64,000 nucleotides of DNA. Origin: a virus. Its lineage: Duplodnaviria; Caudoviricetes. The position numbers were made by a program, and so were the translations under genes. This document shows positions 19,583-28,685 of this stretch, in pieces. The DNA is taken from positions 1 through 64,000 of the IMG/VR virus record IMGVR_UViG_3300046787_000508; one strand, given 5' to 3'. Position 1 is the stretch's first letter. Every line of letters begins with the position of its first letter. The notes beneath the pieces were generated by a model, which ran no database searches, had not been told where the DNA came from, and was given only the letters and a program-made list of their open reading frames with translations.

Positions 19583-19771
19583 TTAAAATATGTTTATAAT
19601 CAAATAGGTTATTATATAGGACGTTGCCAAATATAAGAATGTTTGATTTTGTTTATCCACCTGCATAGGTGTCGGATTGTCTTCTCTAAGTTTTGATATG
19701 AATTCCACAACGAAACGTATGGAGAAGATTACACTTAGAATGAAAATGTATAACTCAATTTTTTGTATCAT
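19583..19771 (-). CDS. Small 2-TM membrane protein
   Basis: 62 aa, two hydrophobic segments. Confidence 0.7.
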   Translation of the reverse strand: MIQKIELYIFILSVIFSIRFVVEFISKLREDNPTPMQVDKQNQTFLYLATSYIITYLIINIF

Positions 19772-19943
19772 GTTTTTTAATTTCTTCTAAAATATCCCTT
19801 CTATACGTACCAATCAATTGTTTGATTTCTTGTGCGTATTTTCTGGCTCTTATTGATGCACTTCGATTACCTTTTTCATAAACTTTATGGGTATCTACTG
19901 ACATTTTTTCAACCAGGTCTTTAATTTTTTTTAATGTTTCCAT
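19755..19943 (-). CDS. Histone H1-like Hc1-family nucleoid protein
   Basis: EKGNRSASIRARKYAQEIK matches the Hc1-family core EKGNKAAG.RARK..LE. Confidence 0.75.
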   Translation of the reverse strand: METLKKIKDLVEKMSVDTHKVYEKGNRSASIRARKYAQEIKQLIGTYRRDILEEIKKHDTKN

Positions 19944-19984
19944 AATTTTATTCCTGTTTTTAATACCAATATACGAGATTTTTT

Positions 19985-20440
19985 TTACTTTTTCAAGTTT
20001 TGTTCGAATAATTTATAAAGGTCAGTCAACATATCTAACTCAGCACGGGACTTTGTGTAGTTATAATCGAACAATTTATAAAAGTATTCACGTATTAGGT
20101 TCATATTATCTTCTGTTTCAGATAGATAAAACGCCTCATGGAAAAACAACCATAAGTACTCATAGTGATTTCCTTGATTTTTAATGTGGATTTTTTCTTT
20201 TTTGAAGTTTGATGTTACCTTTTCGAAACACCATGTGAAGTGATTTTGGATGTCCTCAGTATCTTTAAGTACGTCAGGACCTAAATAAGTTTCCTCTATT
20301 ATGTTTAGTAGTGAAACCAAAAAGTCATAATATAACTCGGTTTTTTCCCGAGTTATATTATAAGCTTTGTACCATATTTCTGCTTGATTTTTGTAACTTT
20401 CTGAAGTTAAAAATTCAATATATCCCTTTCTGTTTTCCAT
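19985..20440 (-). CDS. Hypothetical protein
   Basis: 151-aa ORF preceded by a TATATT promoter-like motif. Confidence 0.75.
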   Translation of the reverse strand: MENRKGYIEFLTSESYKNQAEIWYKAYNITREKTELYYDFLVSLLNIIEETYLGPDVLKDTEDIQNHFTWCFEKVTSNFKKEKIHIKNQGNHYEYLWLFFHEAFYLSETEDNMNLIREYFYKLFDYNYTKSRAELDMLTDLYKLFEQNLKK

Positions 20441-20490
20441 ATCTCTAATATTTTAGTAATATACAGATAAAAAGAAATAAAAAAAAGGTT

Positions 20491-21954
20491 TTATTGAGTT
20501 TTCTCGTTGTATGATAACATATCTTTCATTCTTTTCATTTCAGCAAGAATTTCAGATTTTGTTTTTTCTTCACCTTCACTGATAGTTTTAGCTTCAGTTG
20601 ATTTTACATTTTGTACAGGTGCCGGGTCCTTTACATACATTGGAGCCTTTTCATCTTTCTTATGTTTTCTTTCTATTTGTTTAACCATTTCTTTACCTAA
20701 ATCACTTGGGGTAACATTGGCAACATCGTCACCGTCTTGTTTGTTACCTGTAGTTGAATCTCCTGATAAAGATTTCTTTAATCTTTCAACAAATTCTGTA
20801 GATGGTTTTTCATCATATTCTAAATGTTGCATTCCACCACCTCTATTATCTTCAACAAATTCGTTTTCTTCTTCAGTGTTTTTTGATGCCACTTTTTCAC
20901 CTTTTCCGATTTGTTTTGGAAATTCGGGATTATCGTTACCATCAAAAGATAAATAATCTTTTAATTTCTTATCAACTGAACTTAAATATTCTTTTGTTCC
21001 TTTATCTTGACTGTGTGCCGTCTTAACCGCATCTAAACCTGGAATACTTTCCATTACAATTTTAGAAATCATATCAACAAGTTTACTTTCAGTTAATTTA
21101 AATGACTTAGGTTGTTTTGATTCGTTCATACCATTGTAACCACATTCCATACATTCACCTTCACTCATTAAACCTGAACCACATTCTTCACAAACTTCAT
21201 CGTGACCACCTTCATGATTACCTTCAGCCATATCGGTTTCTTCGGTCCCTTGTCCAACTAATGATTGGAAGTGAGATTCTGCGTCTGCAATTGCTGACAT
21301 ATCGAAATCTTCATTAACGGGTCCTTGACACTCGTTACATTCTTCCTTTTCTTCAATGGATTCTTCGTCACCCATCATTTCTTCCTCTTCTAATTGTTTC
21401 CAACACTCTTCAACGTTATGAGTTTCCCCATCAACTGTGAATGTATCTTCACCAGCTTCTCTTGCTTTACTTAATGCGGCAACGAATGCGTTACCTTCCA
21501 TTGGTTCGTTTGTATTTTCTGACATTTCTGTTCCTAATTTTTCTGTATCTTCAGATACTATGTTTATTTTTAAATCCATTACTCCTTCGTTACCAGATAT
21601 GTCAACATCAATGTCGAAATTCTGACCAAGACCCTTTTCCTCTAAATCCAAGTGTAAACCTTGCATTAATTTTTTCTGTGACTCTTCTAAGTTAGACCCA
21701 CCACAAGCACTTAACAATTCTTCTTCTGAAATGTCGTTTATTTCAATTGAAACACCGAATTCGTGTGTCTCATCGCTGATGTCTTGGATATTTGATATTT
21801 TATCAACTAAGTTGGAAAGTGTTTGAAACCCTTTAACGGTATCAAGTATAAGTTTTTTACCTTCATCTTCCATTCCTTGGTCCTCACTTATCAACATTTT
21901 GGTTTGTTCCTCCAAAATTTGATTTATCATATTACCTAATTCTTTTATTTTCAT
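20491..21954 (-). CDS. Acidic protein with CxxC motifs, possible internal head/scaffold protein
   Basis: Likely start MKIKE at 21954; Glu-rich; ECNEC, CEECG, CMECG. Confidence 0.7.
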   Translation of the reverse strand: MKIKELGNMINQILEEQTKMLISEDQGMEDEGKKLILDTVKGFQTLSNLVDKISNIQDISDETHEFGVSIEINDISEEELLSACGGSNLEESQKKLMQGLHLDLEEKGLGQNFDIDVDISGNEGVMDLKINIVSEDTEKLGTEMSENTNEPMEGNAFVAALSKAREAGEDTFTVDGETHNVEECWKQLEEEEMMGDEESIEEKEECNECQGPVNEDFDMSAIADAESHFQSLVGQGTEETDMAEGNHEGGHDEVCEECGSGLMSEGECMECGYNGMNESKQPKSFKLTESKLVDMISKIVMESIPGLDAVKTAHSQDKGTKEYLSSVDKKLKDYLSFDGNDNPEFPKQIGKGEKVASKNTEEENEFVEDNRGGGMQHLEYDEKPSTEFVERLKKSLSGDSTTGNKQDGDDVANVTPSDLGKEMVKQIERKHKKDEKAPMYVKDPAPVQNVKSTEAKTISEGEEKTKSEILAEMKRMKDMLSYNEKTQ

Positions 21955-21955
21955 A

Positions 21956-22789
21956 TCAAATAAATATCTTCTTAATTTCATTTAATACAATATTTTCCAC
22001 TTCTTTGTATGGTAATCCCATTTCTTTTGAAGTTTCAAGTATTGAATCCTTAATATCAACCATCTCCAATAACTCAATGGCGTTGATGTCACCTTGATTA
22101 CAGTATGGAAATTTTTTACATTTTTCCTTAATCTTAACAAATACTGAATTCGGTCCTCCCCATTTTGGGAATTTCTTATCTTTCACTGCTCTACTGTTAC
22201 CGATACTCTTTGGACCATCGATTTTCAAAGGGTCTTTACGTCCTTTAGGTGACGTACCAAATAAAGGAACATCGTATGCCCCTGATGATGATGAGTCAGT
22301 TGCTTCTGTAAACTCTTCCTCCTCATTTAAATCCATATTCGGTATGTTAGTGATATCTTTTTTAACCATATCCATCGCCGGTGCAAATGAACCTGACGCA
22401 TCTGAAGTAGTTTGTTCGTTTGTCTCCTCTTCACTTTCATTTGAAAGGTCCACAACGTATAATTTTGGATTGATTCCTTTACCGATTAAACCTGATAATC
22501 TTGTGTTACCACCTAAAAGGTCGTAATCGTTGTCACTAAATTTAACAACTATCGGCATTTCAATAGAACCTTCCTCAAAATGTTTTTCGAATCTCTTCTT
22601 TTTGTCGAAATCCAACGTATCGTAGTCTAAATCTACGTTACCTAAAACATTTTTTATTTTTTCGTAATTTGTAATGGTATAGTTCTCCGACGCAAGTTTC
22701 ATCCAACCTTCTTTACCCATTTTTTCAAATTCACGGTAACGTAAGGCTTCCATCCATTCTTTATCTAAATCTGGTTTTGTATACTTCAT
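21956..22789 (-). CDS. ParB/Srx-like N-terminal domain protein with low-complexity C-terminus
   Basis: Likely start MKYTK at 22789 (TAATG); MPIVV...YDLLGGNTRL resembles the ParB-N G.HR motif. Confidence 0.55.
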   Translation of the reverse strand: MKYTKPDLDKEWMEALRYREFEKMGKEGWMKLASENYTITNYEKIKNVLGNVDLDYDTLDFDKKKRFEKHFEEGSIEMPIVVKFSDNDYDLLGGNTRLSGLIGKGINPKLYVVDLSNESEEETNEQTTSDASGSFAPAMDMVKKDITNIPNMDLNEEEEFTEATDSSSSGAYDVPLFGTSPKGRKDPLKIDGPKSIGNSRAVKDKKFPKWGGPNSVFVKIKEKCKKFPYCNQGDINAIELLEMVDIKDSILETSKEMGLPYKEVENIVLNEIKKIFI

Positions 22790-23028
22790 TATCTTACTGA
22801 TTTTAAAGATGTTTCCCAAAATGATTTCCTCTGCCATAAAGTCTTGAACAACTCAACAACAACTTTGGTTGAGAGGTCAACGATTTTATCGTCAATCTTT
22901 TTTGTTCCCAATTCCTTTTGAATAACCTTAATAACAACATTGTGTGCATTGGTTGAATCCAAAAAGTCTTTCATCTCTTTTCTGACGATTTTTTCTATCT
23001 CTTGTTTATCTGAGTTTGAAATTGCCAT
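22789..23028 (-). CDS. Hypothetical protein
   Basis: 79-aa ORF in operon. Confidence 0.7.
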   Translation of the reverse strand: MAISNSDKQEIEKIVRKEMKDFLDSTNAHNVVIKVIQKELGTKKIDDKIVDLSTKVVVELFKTLWQRKSFWETSLKSVR

Positions 23029-23030
23029 GA

Positions 23031-23567
23031 TTAGTTATCTTTTCTGTTTACAATTAAGTCATTTATTGAACCTGAGAATTTTACCTCAAAGTTTTTCAAT
23101 TTCCCAAGTGTTTCCATCGTTTCATCGTCAATCTTTAACATAGACGCATTTGATAGATAAACTCCATTGTCATCACCGGTTGAAAGGGTGAATTCAATGT
23201 TGTTTTGTGTTATCTTACCGTCTAACTTAACACTATTTGGGTATATTTGTAATTTACCAAAATCTACTAACTCAGATACTTCGTTCTTGAAATCATCGAT
23301 TAATTTAGAGATTAACGCCTTTTCATTGTCATTAACTTTTAAATCGACACTATCCTCAGAATGGATTTCAACGTCAACGTTGTTTATTACTGTCATATCT
23401 TCTCTCTCAGACCCGTTTGTTGGTTCTGTGGGTGGTTGACTCATTTCTTGACCAGGTACCTCAGATTGTTCTCTAAGGTTACTCTTCGATGATGCATTAA
23501 AGTTTCTGATGGTATTCAACATACCTCTAATGTCGTCGGCTGCGTTTTTGTTATTTTCTATCTTCAT
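23031..23567 (-). CDS. Hypothetical protein
   Basis: 178-aa ORF in operon. Confidence 0.75.
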   Translation of the reverse strand: MKIENNKNAADDIRGMLNTIRNFNASSKSNLREQSEVPGQEMSQPPTEPTNGSEREDMTVINNVDVEIHSEDSVDLKVNDNEKALISKLIDDFKNEVSELVDFGKLQIYPNSVKLDGKITQNNIEFTLSTGDDNGVYLSNASMLKIDDETMETLGKLKNFEVKFSGSINDLIVNRKDN

Positions 23568-24156
23568 AAAATGTTGTAAAATCGAATGATGGGTTTATAT
23601 CTGTATAAATATTTAGAAAGTTCGATTTACATACAATTCCGTTGAATTTATCTACATTTTCGAGATATCCTTGTGAGGGTACGGTCTGATATGGGATATT
23701 ATGTTCCTCAGTAAGTGATTTACAGAGGGTTACGAGGGATTTTGTCTGTTCCTCAGTATATTGGTCCCAATAGAAATAACCCCTCCAATTTTTAATATAC
23801 GGTTGGGTTCTATAAACATCACCTATCCAATTGTTATAAATCCCTGTAATGGTATTTTTATTTAACCATCCAAGATTCTCAATTGCAATTTTGATTTGTT
23901 TTCTGTCGATTTCGGGATTACCGAACGTTTTGGAACTGTAGTTGGTATTAAAGACTTTATATACCTTACCTAACTTAGAAACCACATAATGTGGTAATTC
24001 TTCATACTTCCCGTCTAATCTGTACTTTAACTTCATCATGAAGTCATCACATCTTCTTCCGGTATCGTATAGTAATATTTGAGTTTTCTTACTTTTTTTC
24101 TTAGTTACGTTTAATTCTTTCTGATTAAGAATTTCTACGTCGTGAATTTCTAACAT
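23551..24156 (-). CDS. N-acetylmuramoyl-L-alanine amidase (Amidase_2)-fold protein with degenerate Zn site
   Basis: Likely start MLEIHD; HYVVSK.GKVY, IAIEN.G, YTEEQ..SL, TDINP; LLYDT and CKSN at the expected His positions. Confidence 0.7.
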   Translation of the reverse strand: MLEIHDVEILNQKELNVTKKKSKKTQILLYDTGRRCDDFMMKLKYRLDGKYEELPHYVVSKLGKVYKVFNTNYSSKTFGNPEIDRKQIKIAIENLGWLNKNTITGIYNNWIGDVYRTQPYIKNWRGYFYWDQYTEEQTKSLVTLCKSLTEEHNIPYQTVPSQGYLENVDKFNGIVCKSNFLNIYTDINPSFDFTTFYEDRK

Positions 24157-24385
24157 TACGTGAGAATGTTTTTTTACTGACAAAGTTTAAACTTTGCTCC
24201 TCGATGATGTCATCCTCTTCATTTTCGGGAATTATCACTCGATTATTATCCAAATCGTAAAACACTTGGTTCGGATTTACATCATCAGATTCTAAATATA
24301 AATCATCCTCATCGGGTGAAATTATCGGGGTAAACGTCGAAGAAGAAGTGATTTCCAATTCTTCTTCTGTGTTTTCTAAGAGTTT
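24125..24385 (-). CDS. Probable -1 frameshift extension (86 aa) of the upstream membrane protein rather than an independent gene
   Basis: Track start is only TTG; frame is open back to the A9 run at 24383-24391 and is -1 relative to the 448-aa ORF. Confidence 0.6.
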   Translation of the reverse strand, partial: KLLENTEEELEITSSSTFTPIISPDEDDLYLESDDVNPNQVFYDLDNNRVIIPENEEDDIIEEQSLNFVSKKTFSRNVRNSRRRNS

Positions 24386-25722
24386 TTTTTTATGCTCTCA
24401 TCTTCAGACGGAGCCTCTTCTATTTTTGTTTCAACCACTTCCGGTTGTACGGGTTCTTGTATAACCATCTCAGATAAAGGTTCTTCGATATTATCTAAAA
24501 TGTCGTTAGCCTCATCCAATTCTTTTTGTTCAGATTGATAAACAGGTTCATCGTTAACCATTTCCAAGTCGTATTGTGGTACCTCAGTTTGTTCAGCATC
24601 AATTTCGTTGTTTACCTCATCTAACACCTCATTTATAATTTTAACGTCAATACCAAATTCCTCCACTTCTTCAGGTGTTGCAAATGGTTCAGGAACAAAC
24701 CCGTCAAAATCATCATTTTCCAATTTTCTCTCGTACTCATCTTGATTCATTTCCATAATCTCCTCATCAGATAATGATGGTGTTGGTTCTTGTTGGAAAA
24801 TATTTGTCACATTTGGGTCTATAATGGAAAAATTTTGTCTTTCTTCTTCGATTGTTGGTTCTTCTTGGAAAATTTCCTCCTCTTCAACGATTTGATTGTT
24901 TTCTATGATTTCTTCGTTAGGGATTTCAACCACTTCATTAACCGTCTCAATCACTTCAGGTTCGGTTTGTGGTTCAATAACATCTTCCTTAATTAATGGG
25001 TTATCAAACGGTTCGTCATATAGTCCAAGTTCTTCGTCATTTTTCATCATTTCTGATAATAACTCATTTCTTTTTTTATACTCATTTGCTGCTTTAATAA
25101 GTGCTTCGTTTGGTTTAGATGGATTCTCTAAGTGTTTGGTTAATATTTCTAAGTCTTCGTCAGATAAACGTAATCTTGAAACTTCTCCGATTATTTCTTT
25201 TGCGTCAACCTCATTGATTAATTTTTCATCAATGGTAGATTCAACACCTTTCATTCTATCTTCTTCGGTGAACTTAACTAACATGTGTAGGAAAGACAAA
25301 GAAATGATTGGTAACATTCCACCCGCAAATAATGCTAAGAATCTTTTGTGTCCAACAAAATCATTATTATCAACCCCAATAAATTCAACTAACGGTGAAA
25401 CTAAATCAACCCAATCTTTAAATTGTTTTGAATTAATATCAATAAATGAGTAGGCAAAGAAAATGTTACCGATGAATTGAATCAGGGTAACGATTGCAAA
25501 TGGGAAATAAACTTTACTACCCATGTTTGCCGATATCGCAGCCAACGCAGATAACGCAGCAATTTCAATACCAATAGAAAGATAAACGGACCAACTAACG
25601 GGATTAGAAATACCGTACCATTGGGTTACGTGTGAAATTGACACCACCGCCACAGTCAAGATTGGAATCAAGAACGCGGCGATGATTAATGTTTTATAAT
25701 TCTTATTGAACCAATTTTTCAT
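24376..25722 (-). CDS. Multi-pass membrane protein with long acidic C-terminal tail
   Basis: About 4 hydrophobic helices in the first 150 aa; E/D-rich tail ending SIKKNS. Confidence 0.85.
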   Translation of the reverse strand: MKNWFNKNYKTLIIAAFLIPILTVAVVSISHVTQWYGISNPVSWSVYLSIGIEIAALSALAAISANMGSKVYFPFAIVTLIQFIGNIFFAYSFIDINSKQFKDWVDLVSPLVEFIGVDNNDFVGHKRFLALFAGGMLPIISLSFLHMLVKFTEEDRMKGVESTIDEKLINEVDAKEIIGEVSRLRLSDEDLEILTKHLENPSKPNEALIKAANEYKKRNELLSEMMKNDEELGLYDEPFDNPLIKEDVIEPQTEPEVIETVNEVVEIPNEEIIENNQIVEEEEIFQEEPTIEEERQNFSIIDPNVTNIFQQEPTPSLSDEEIMEMNQDEYERKLENDDFDGFVPEPFATPEEVEEFGIDVKIINEVLDEVNNEIDAEQTEVPQYDLEMVNDEPVYQSEQKELDEANDILDNIEEPLSEMVIQEPVQPEVVETKIEEAPSEDESIKKNS

Positions 25723-25725
25723 ATG

Positions 25726-25995
25726 TTATTTTAATTTAGCTTCTTCAGCTTTGATTTCTTCGTCAACTTTAATACCTCGTTCAACGTCGATTAATTTTCT
25801 ATCTGTTGATTGAATCATTCTTTTTTCAGATTTCAACCCTTCAATTTTCATTTTAACCTCTAATCTTTTTTCTAAATCAGTCATTTCTTTCCTAACTTTA
25901 GAAATTTCTCTTGTGTCACCACACCCTTTGAAGAATGTTAACACCGCAATTGCTAATACGATTACTGTAAAATTTTCTTGTACAAATTTTTTCAT
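25726..25995 (-). CDS. Single-TM coiled-coil protein
   Basis: IVLAIAVLTFFKGC followed by heptad-rich region. Confidence 0.75.
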   Translation of the reverse strand: MKKFVQENFTVIVLAIAVLTFFKGCGDTREISKVRKEMTDLEKRLEVKMKIEGLKSEKRMIQSTDRKLIDVERGIKVDEEIKAEEAKLK

Positions 25996-26006
25996 AACTT
26001 TTGTTT

Positions 26007-26816
26007 TTATAAATAGTTTATTAACGAATAACTCTCGTTTCTTAATTTTTTTATAGCTTTATCCTTAAGTTGTCGGATTCTTTCCTTGGTACATTCGAAT
26101 TCTTCACCTAAATCTTCGAGGTTACTCTCAACCCCATTTAGTCCGAAATACTTCTCAATGATAACCTTTTCTCTATCATCTAACACACTCAAGATATAAG
26201 ATACCCTTTTTTTAATTTCTTCTGTAGTGTTAAGTATATTTTCAGGGTTATTTTCGTTAGGGTCTCTAATGATATCTATTAATTGGTCGCCCTCATCGTT
26301 GATTTCTTTATAGAGACCAACGCAATATGGTAAGTTAGTAACGGGTTCGTCACTGTAATTGATATGGTATTTTTCAGATTCAGGTAATTCATTTTTCCTG
26401 TTCTTTTGTGCCTCTTGAACTAAATTAGATGGTATACGTATAGTTCTTGAATAGTCATTTAATGATGACATAATTGATTGTTTTACCCACCAAACAGCGT
26501 ATGATATAAATTTTAAACCTGATGCCGGGTCAAATCTGTCGATTGCCTTTAATAAACCAATATTACCTTCTGAGATAATATCTAAAAGGTCTAACCCCTG
26601 ATTTTGGTACATCTTAGCCACAGAAACCACAAAACGTAGGTTACCTGTAACTAATTCACTTTTCATACTATCTTTTACCGATTTAGGGGTCTCGGGGTCT
26701 AATAACGCCTTAAAAATTTCATCTTGTCGTTGATGCGTTACTACCGGAATTTTCTTCAATTCTTTTAAATAGTAATGAAGTTCGTCTGTGTTGACGATAA
26801 TGTGAGACTTAGCCAT
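26007..26816 (-). CDS. RNA polymerase sigma-70 family factor (RpoD/RpoS-like, no region 1.1)
   Basis: NLRFVVSVAKMY, DIISEGNIGLLKAIDRFD, FISYAVWW, ERIRQLKDKAIKKLR. Confidence 0.95.
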   Translation of the reverse strand: MAKSHIIVNTDELHYYLKELKKIPVVTHQRQDEIFKALLDPETPKSVKDSMKSELVTGNLRFVVSVAKMYQNQGLDLLDIISEGNIGLLKAIDRFDPASGLKFISYAVWWVKQSIMSSLNDYSRTIRIPSNLVQEAQKNRKNELPESEKYHINYSDEPVTNLPYCVGLYKEINDEGDQLIDIIRDPNENNPENILNTTEEIKKRVSYILSVLDDREKVIIEKYFGLNGVESNLEDLGEEFECTKERIRQLKDKAIKKLRNESYSLINYL

Positions 26817-26834
26817 GTTATGTGTTATTTATTA

Positions 26835-26865
26835 TAAAGGTAACTAAAAAAAATTAGATATCAAA
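26835..26865 (-). promoter_or_regulatory. Bacteroidota sigma-A-type promoter
   Basis: TTTG-N19-TACCTTTA upstream of the sigma gene. Confidence 0.7.
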
Positions 26866-27300
26866 ATTATCTAAGAAGTTTTTTTCTTCAGGTGTTAAAC
26901 TATCAACACCATCTTTGTCAATCTTTTCTAAAAGACTGTCTAATAGTAATTCAGGATTCTTATTCATGGTTATAGCTGTGAATTCGATTTTCATCATGTT
27001 ATCTTCACCAGGGTTATAAATGAAATCCTTCATTGTTTTTGGAACGTGTGCAGTGACAATTGATTCTCTTTCAAAAAGAAAATAGAATTTAACATGGTCA
27101 GGGGGTAAACTTTCATACAGTTCCGTAGATACATCATCTTTTTCTTTGTCAGAATCAAAAATGATGATGATATTGTTCATATTCTCAATAATGTATTTTA
27201 CCGACGTAAATGAATTTGACGGGAATACGTCAGTACAGAAATATTCAACCTCATCAGGACCTTCGAATGAACCAAATATAAATAAAATATACGTATTCAT
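26854..27300 (-). CDS. Hypothetical protein with C-terminal DUF6576-like helix pair
   Basis: LDSLLEKIDKDGVDSLTPEEKNFLD. Confidence 0.65.
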   Translation of the reverse strand: MNTYILFIFGSFEGPDEVEYFCTDVFPSNSFTSVKYIIENMNNIIIIFDSDKEKDDVSTELYESLPPDHVKFYFLFERESIVTAHVPKTMKDFIYNPGEDNMMKIEFTAITMNKNPELLLDSLLEKIDKDGVDSLTPEEKNFLDNFDI

Positions 27301-27318
27301 TGAGTATTAAGATGTTAG

Positions 27319-27954
27319 TTATTTTTTTAATTTAATTTTCCAATAGACTCCCGCATTAATATACGGAGATAATGTCCCATTTGTTCCGTCAATAACTCTA
27401 TTTGATACTCCGACACCTAATTGGTATATTTTCTCATCTTTTGTTTTCAACATGATACCTAACCCGACATGACTAAAAACGTCCACTTTGTTTAGTCCAC
27501 CATTGAATCCGTAATAAACTTGATTCGTTCGTGGTTCGGGGGTATAAACCGTTTCAACTTTCGTTTTAGGTTTTACATTTGCAGTGAATGTACGTGACAT
27601 CACTTTATTTTCCGTTATCACCTCATTTAGGTTAATAGTTCCTAAATCATTTGGTAACGTTAGTACTTCTTTCAATTCATTTTTCGCATAGTAGTCTTTT
27701 AGTATTGCGGCAGTGTCGACTGGTTGGTAAACCAATCTTTCCACGGGAACCTCGATTTCAACAGGAACTTCAATTTCCACCTCCACTAAACTATCTACCG
27801 TAACGGTATCATGTACGGCGTATGGGATTGAATCGGTTTTAGTTACATACTGAATTCTATTCGGCATAAACCCCTTTGGGTTAAAAAACTCCAAAAGGGA
27901 TATGGCGATTAGTATTACTATGACGATATTACGAACATCAAGAAATTTTTTCAT
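27319..27954 (-). CDS. Membrane-anchored/secreted protein
   Basis: N-terminal TM; C-terminal beta-strand pattern ending YWKIKLKK. Confidence 0.75.
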   Translation of the reverse strand: MKKFLDVRNIVIVILIAISLLEFFNPKGFMPNRIQYVTKTDSIPYAVHDTVTVDSLVEVEIEVPVEIEVPVERLVYQPVDTAAILKDYYAKNELKEVLTLPNDLGTINLNEVITENKVMSRTFTANVKPKTKVETVYTPEPRTNQVYYGFNGGLNKVDVFSHVGLGIMLKTKDEKIYQLGVGVSNRVIDGTNGTLSPYINAGVYWKIKLKK

Positions 27955-27955
27955 T

Positions 27956-28375
27956 TTACTTTACTAATAAAAGAGACGTTGAGATTATTGCAACGAATGA
28001 CCCTATTTTATAAAAGAACGTTTTCATTTTCTGTGCCTTTAGTTCTTTTAGTAAACTTTCGGATTTCTGTCTTTCTAAATCAAATTGTTGGTCCTTCTTT
28101 GTTATGATTAACTCCAAGTTACCAATTTTTTGTGTTTTAAGGGTATCCTTCTCTTTGTATAAAGTAATTTGTTGGTCTTTCAAACCGATAACTTTATTTA
28201 ACTCCACAATTTCTAATTTTGCACCGTCGTAACGGATTAAATCTTGGAAAGCTAATCTCGCTATTCTTGTTGGAAGAATAACTTTAGTGGTGTCTTGTTT
28301 AGTTATTGTATCTGTTTGCGAATAACTGTTCAAGCTCAACATTACCAACAGTGGTAATAGTATTAACTTTTTCAT
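27956..28375 (-). CDS. Signal-peptide coiled-coil protein with C-terminal TM (spanin-like candidate)
   Basis: MKKLILLPLLVMLSLNSYSQ signal; C-terminal hydrophobic helix. Confidence 0.7.
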   Translation of the reverse strand: MKKLILLPLLVMLSLNSYSQTDTITKQDTTKVILPTRIARLAFQDLIRYDGAKLEIVELNKVIGLKDQQITLYKEKDTLKTQKIGNLELIITKKDQQFDLERQKSESLLKELKAQKMKTFFYKIGSFVAIISTSLLLVK

Positions 28376-28637
28376 CTGTGCTGTTTTTAATAATAGTTAT
28401 GTTTTTAGTCACACTTTCAACGTCTTTTTCAACGTTAACGATATGATTATCAACTTTTTCGATTTGATTGTCAATTTCTTTGTTTACCGTGTAAACTGAG
28501 TCCACCTCTTTTTGGATGGAATCAATCTTTGCGTTGTAACCAGCAACATCAGTTTTTATACTGTTGTTCTGAAAAATGTTGTACGCCGCTAAACAAGCAA
28601 TCAAAACTAATAGGATTGTGGTCTTGTTTGTTTTCAT
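28299..28637 (-). CDS. N-terminal TM coiled-coil protein (spanin-like candidate)
   Basis: ILLVLIACLAAY followed by heptads; overlaps the next gene. Confidence 0.7.
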   Translation of the reverse strand: MKTNKTTILLVLIACLAAYNIFQNNSIKTDVAGYNAKIDSIQKEVDSVYTVNKEIDNQIEKVDNHIVNVEKDVESVTKNITIIKNSTDEKVNTITTVGNVELEQLFANRYNN

Positions 28638-28685
28638 ATTTAGTTTTTATTATAAATATGAAGACAAACAATTATATACCAAATC

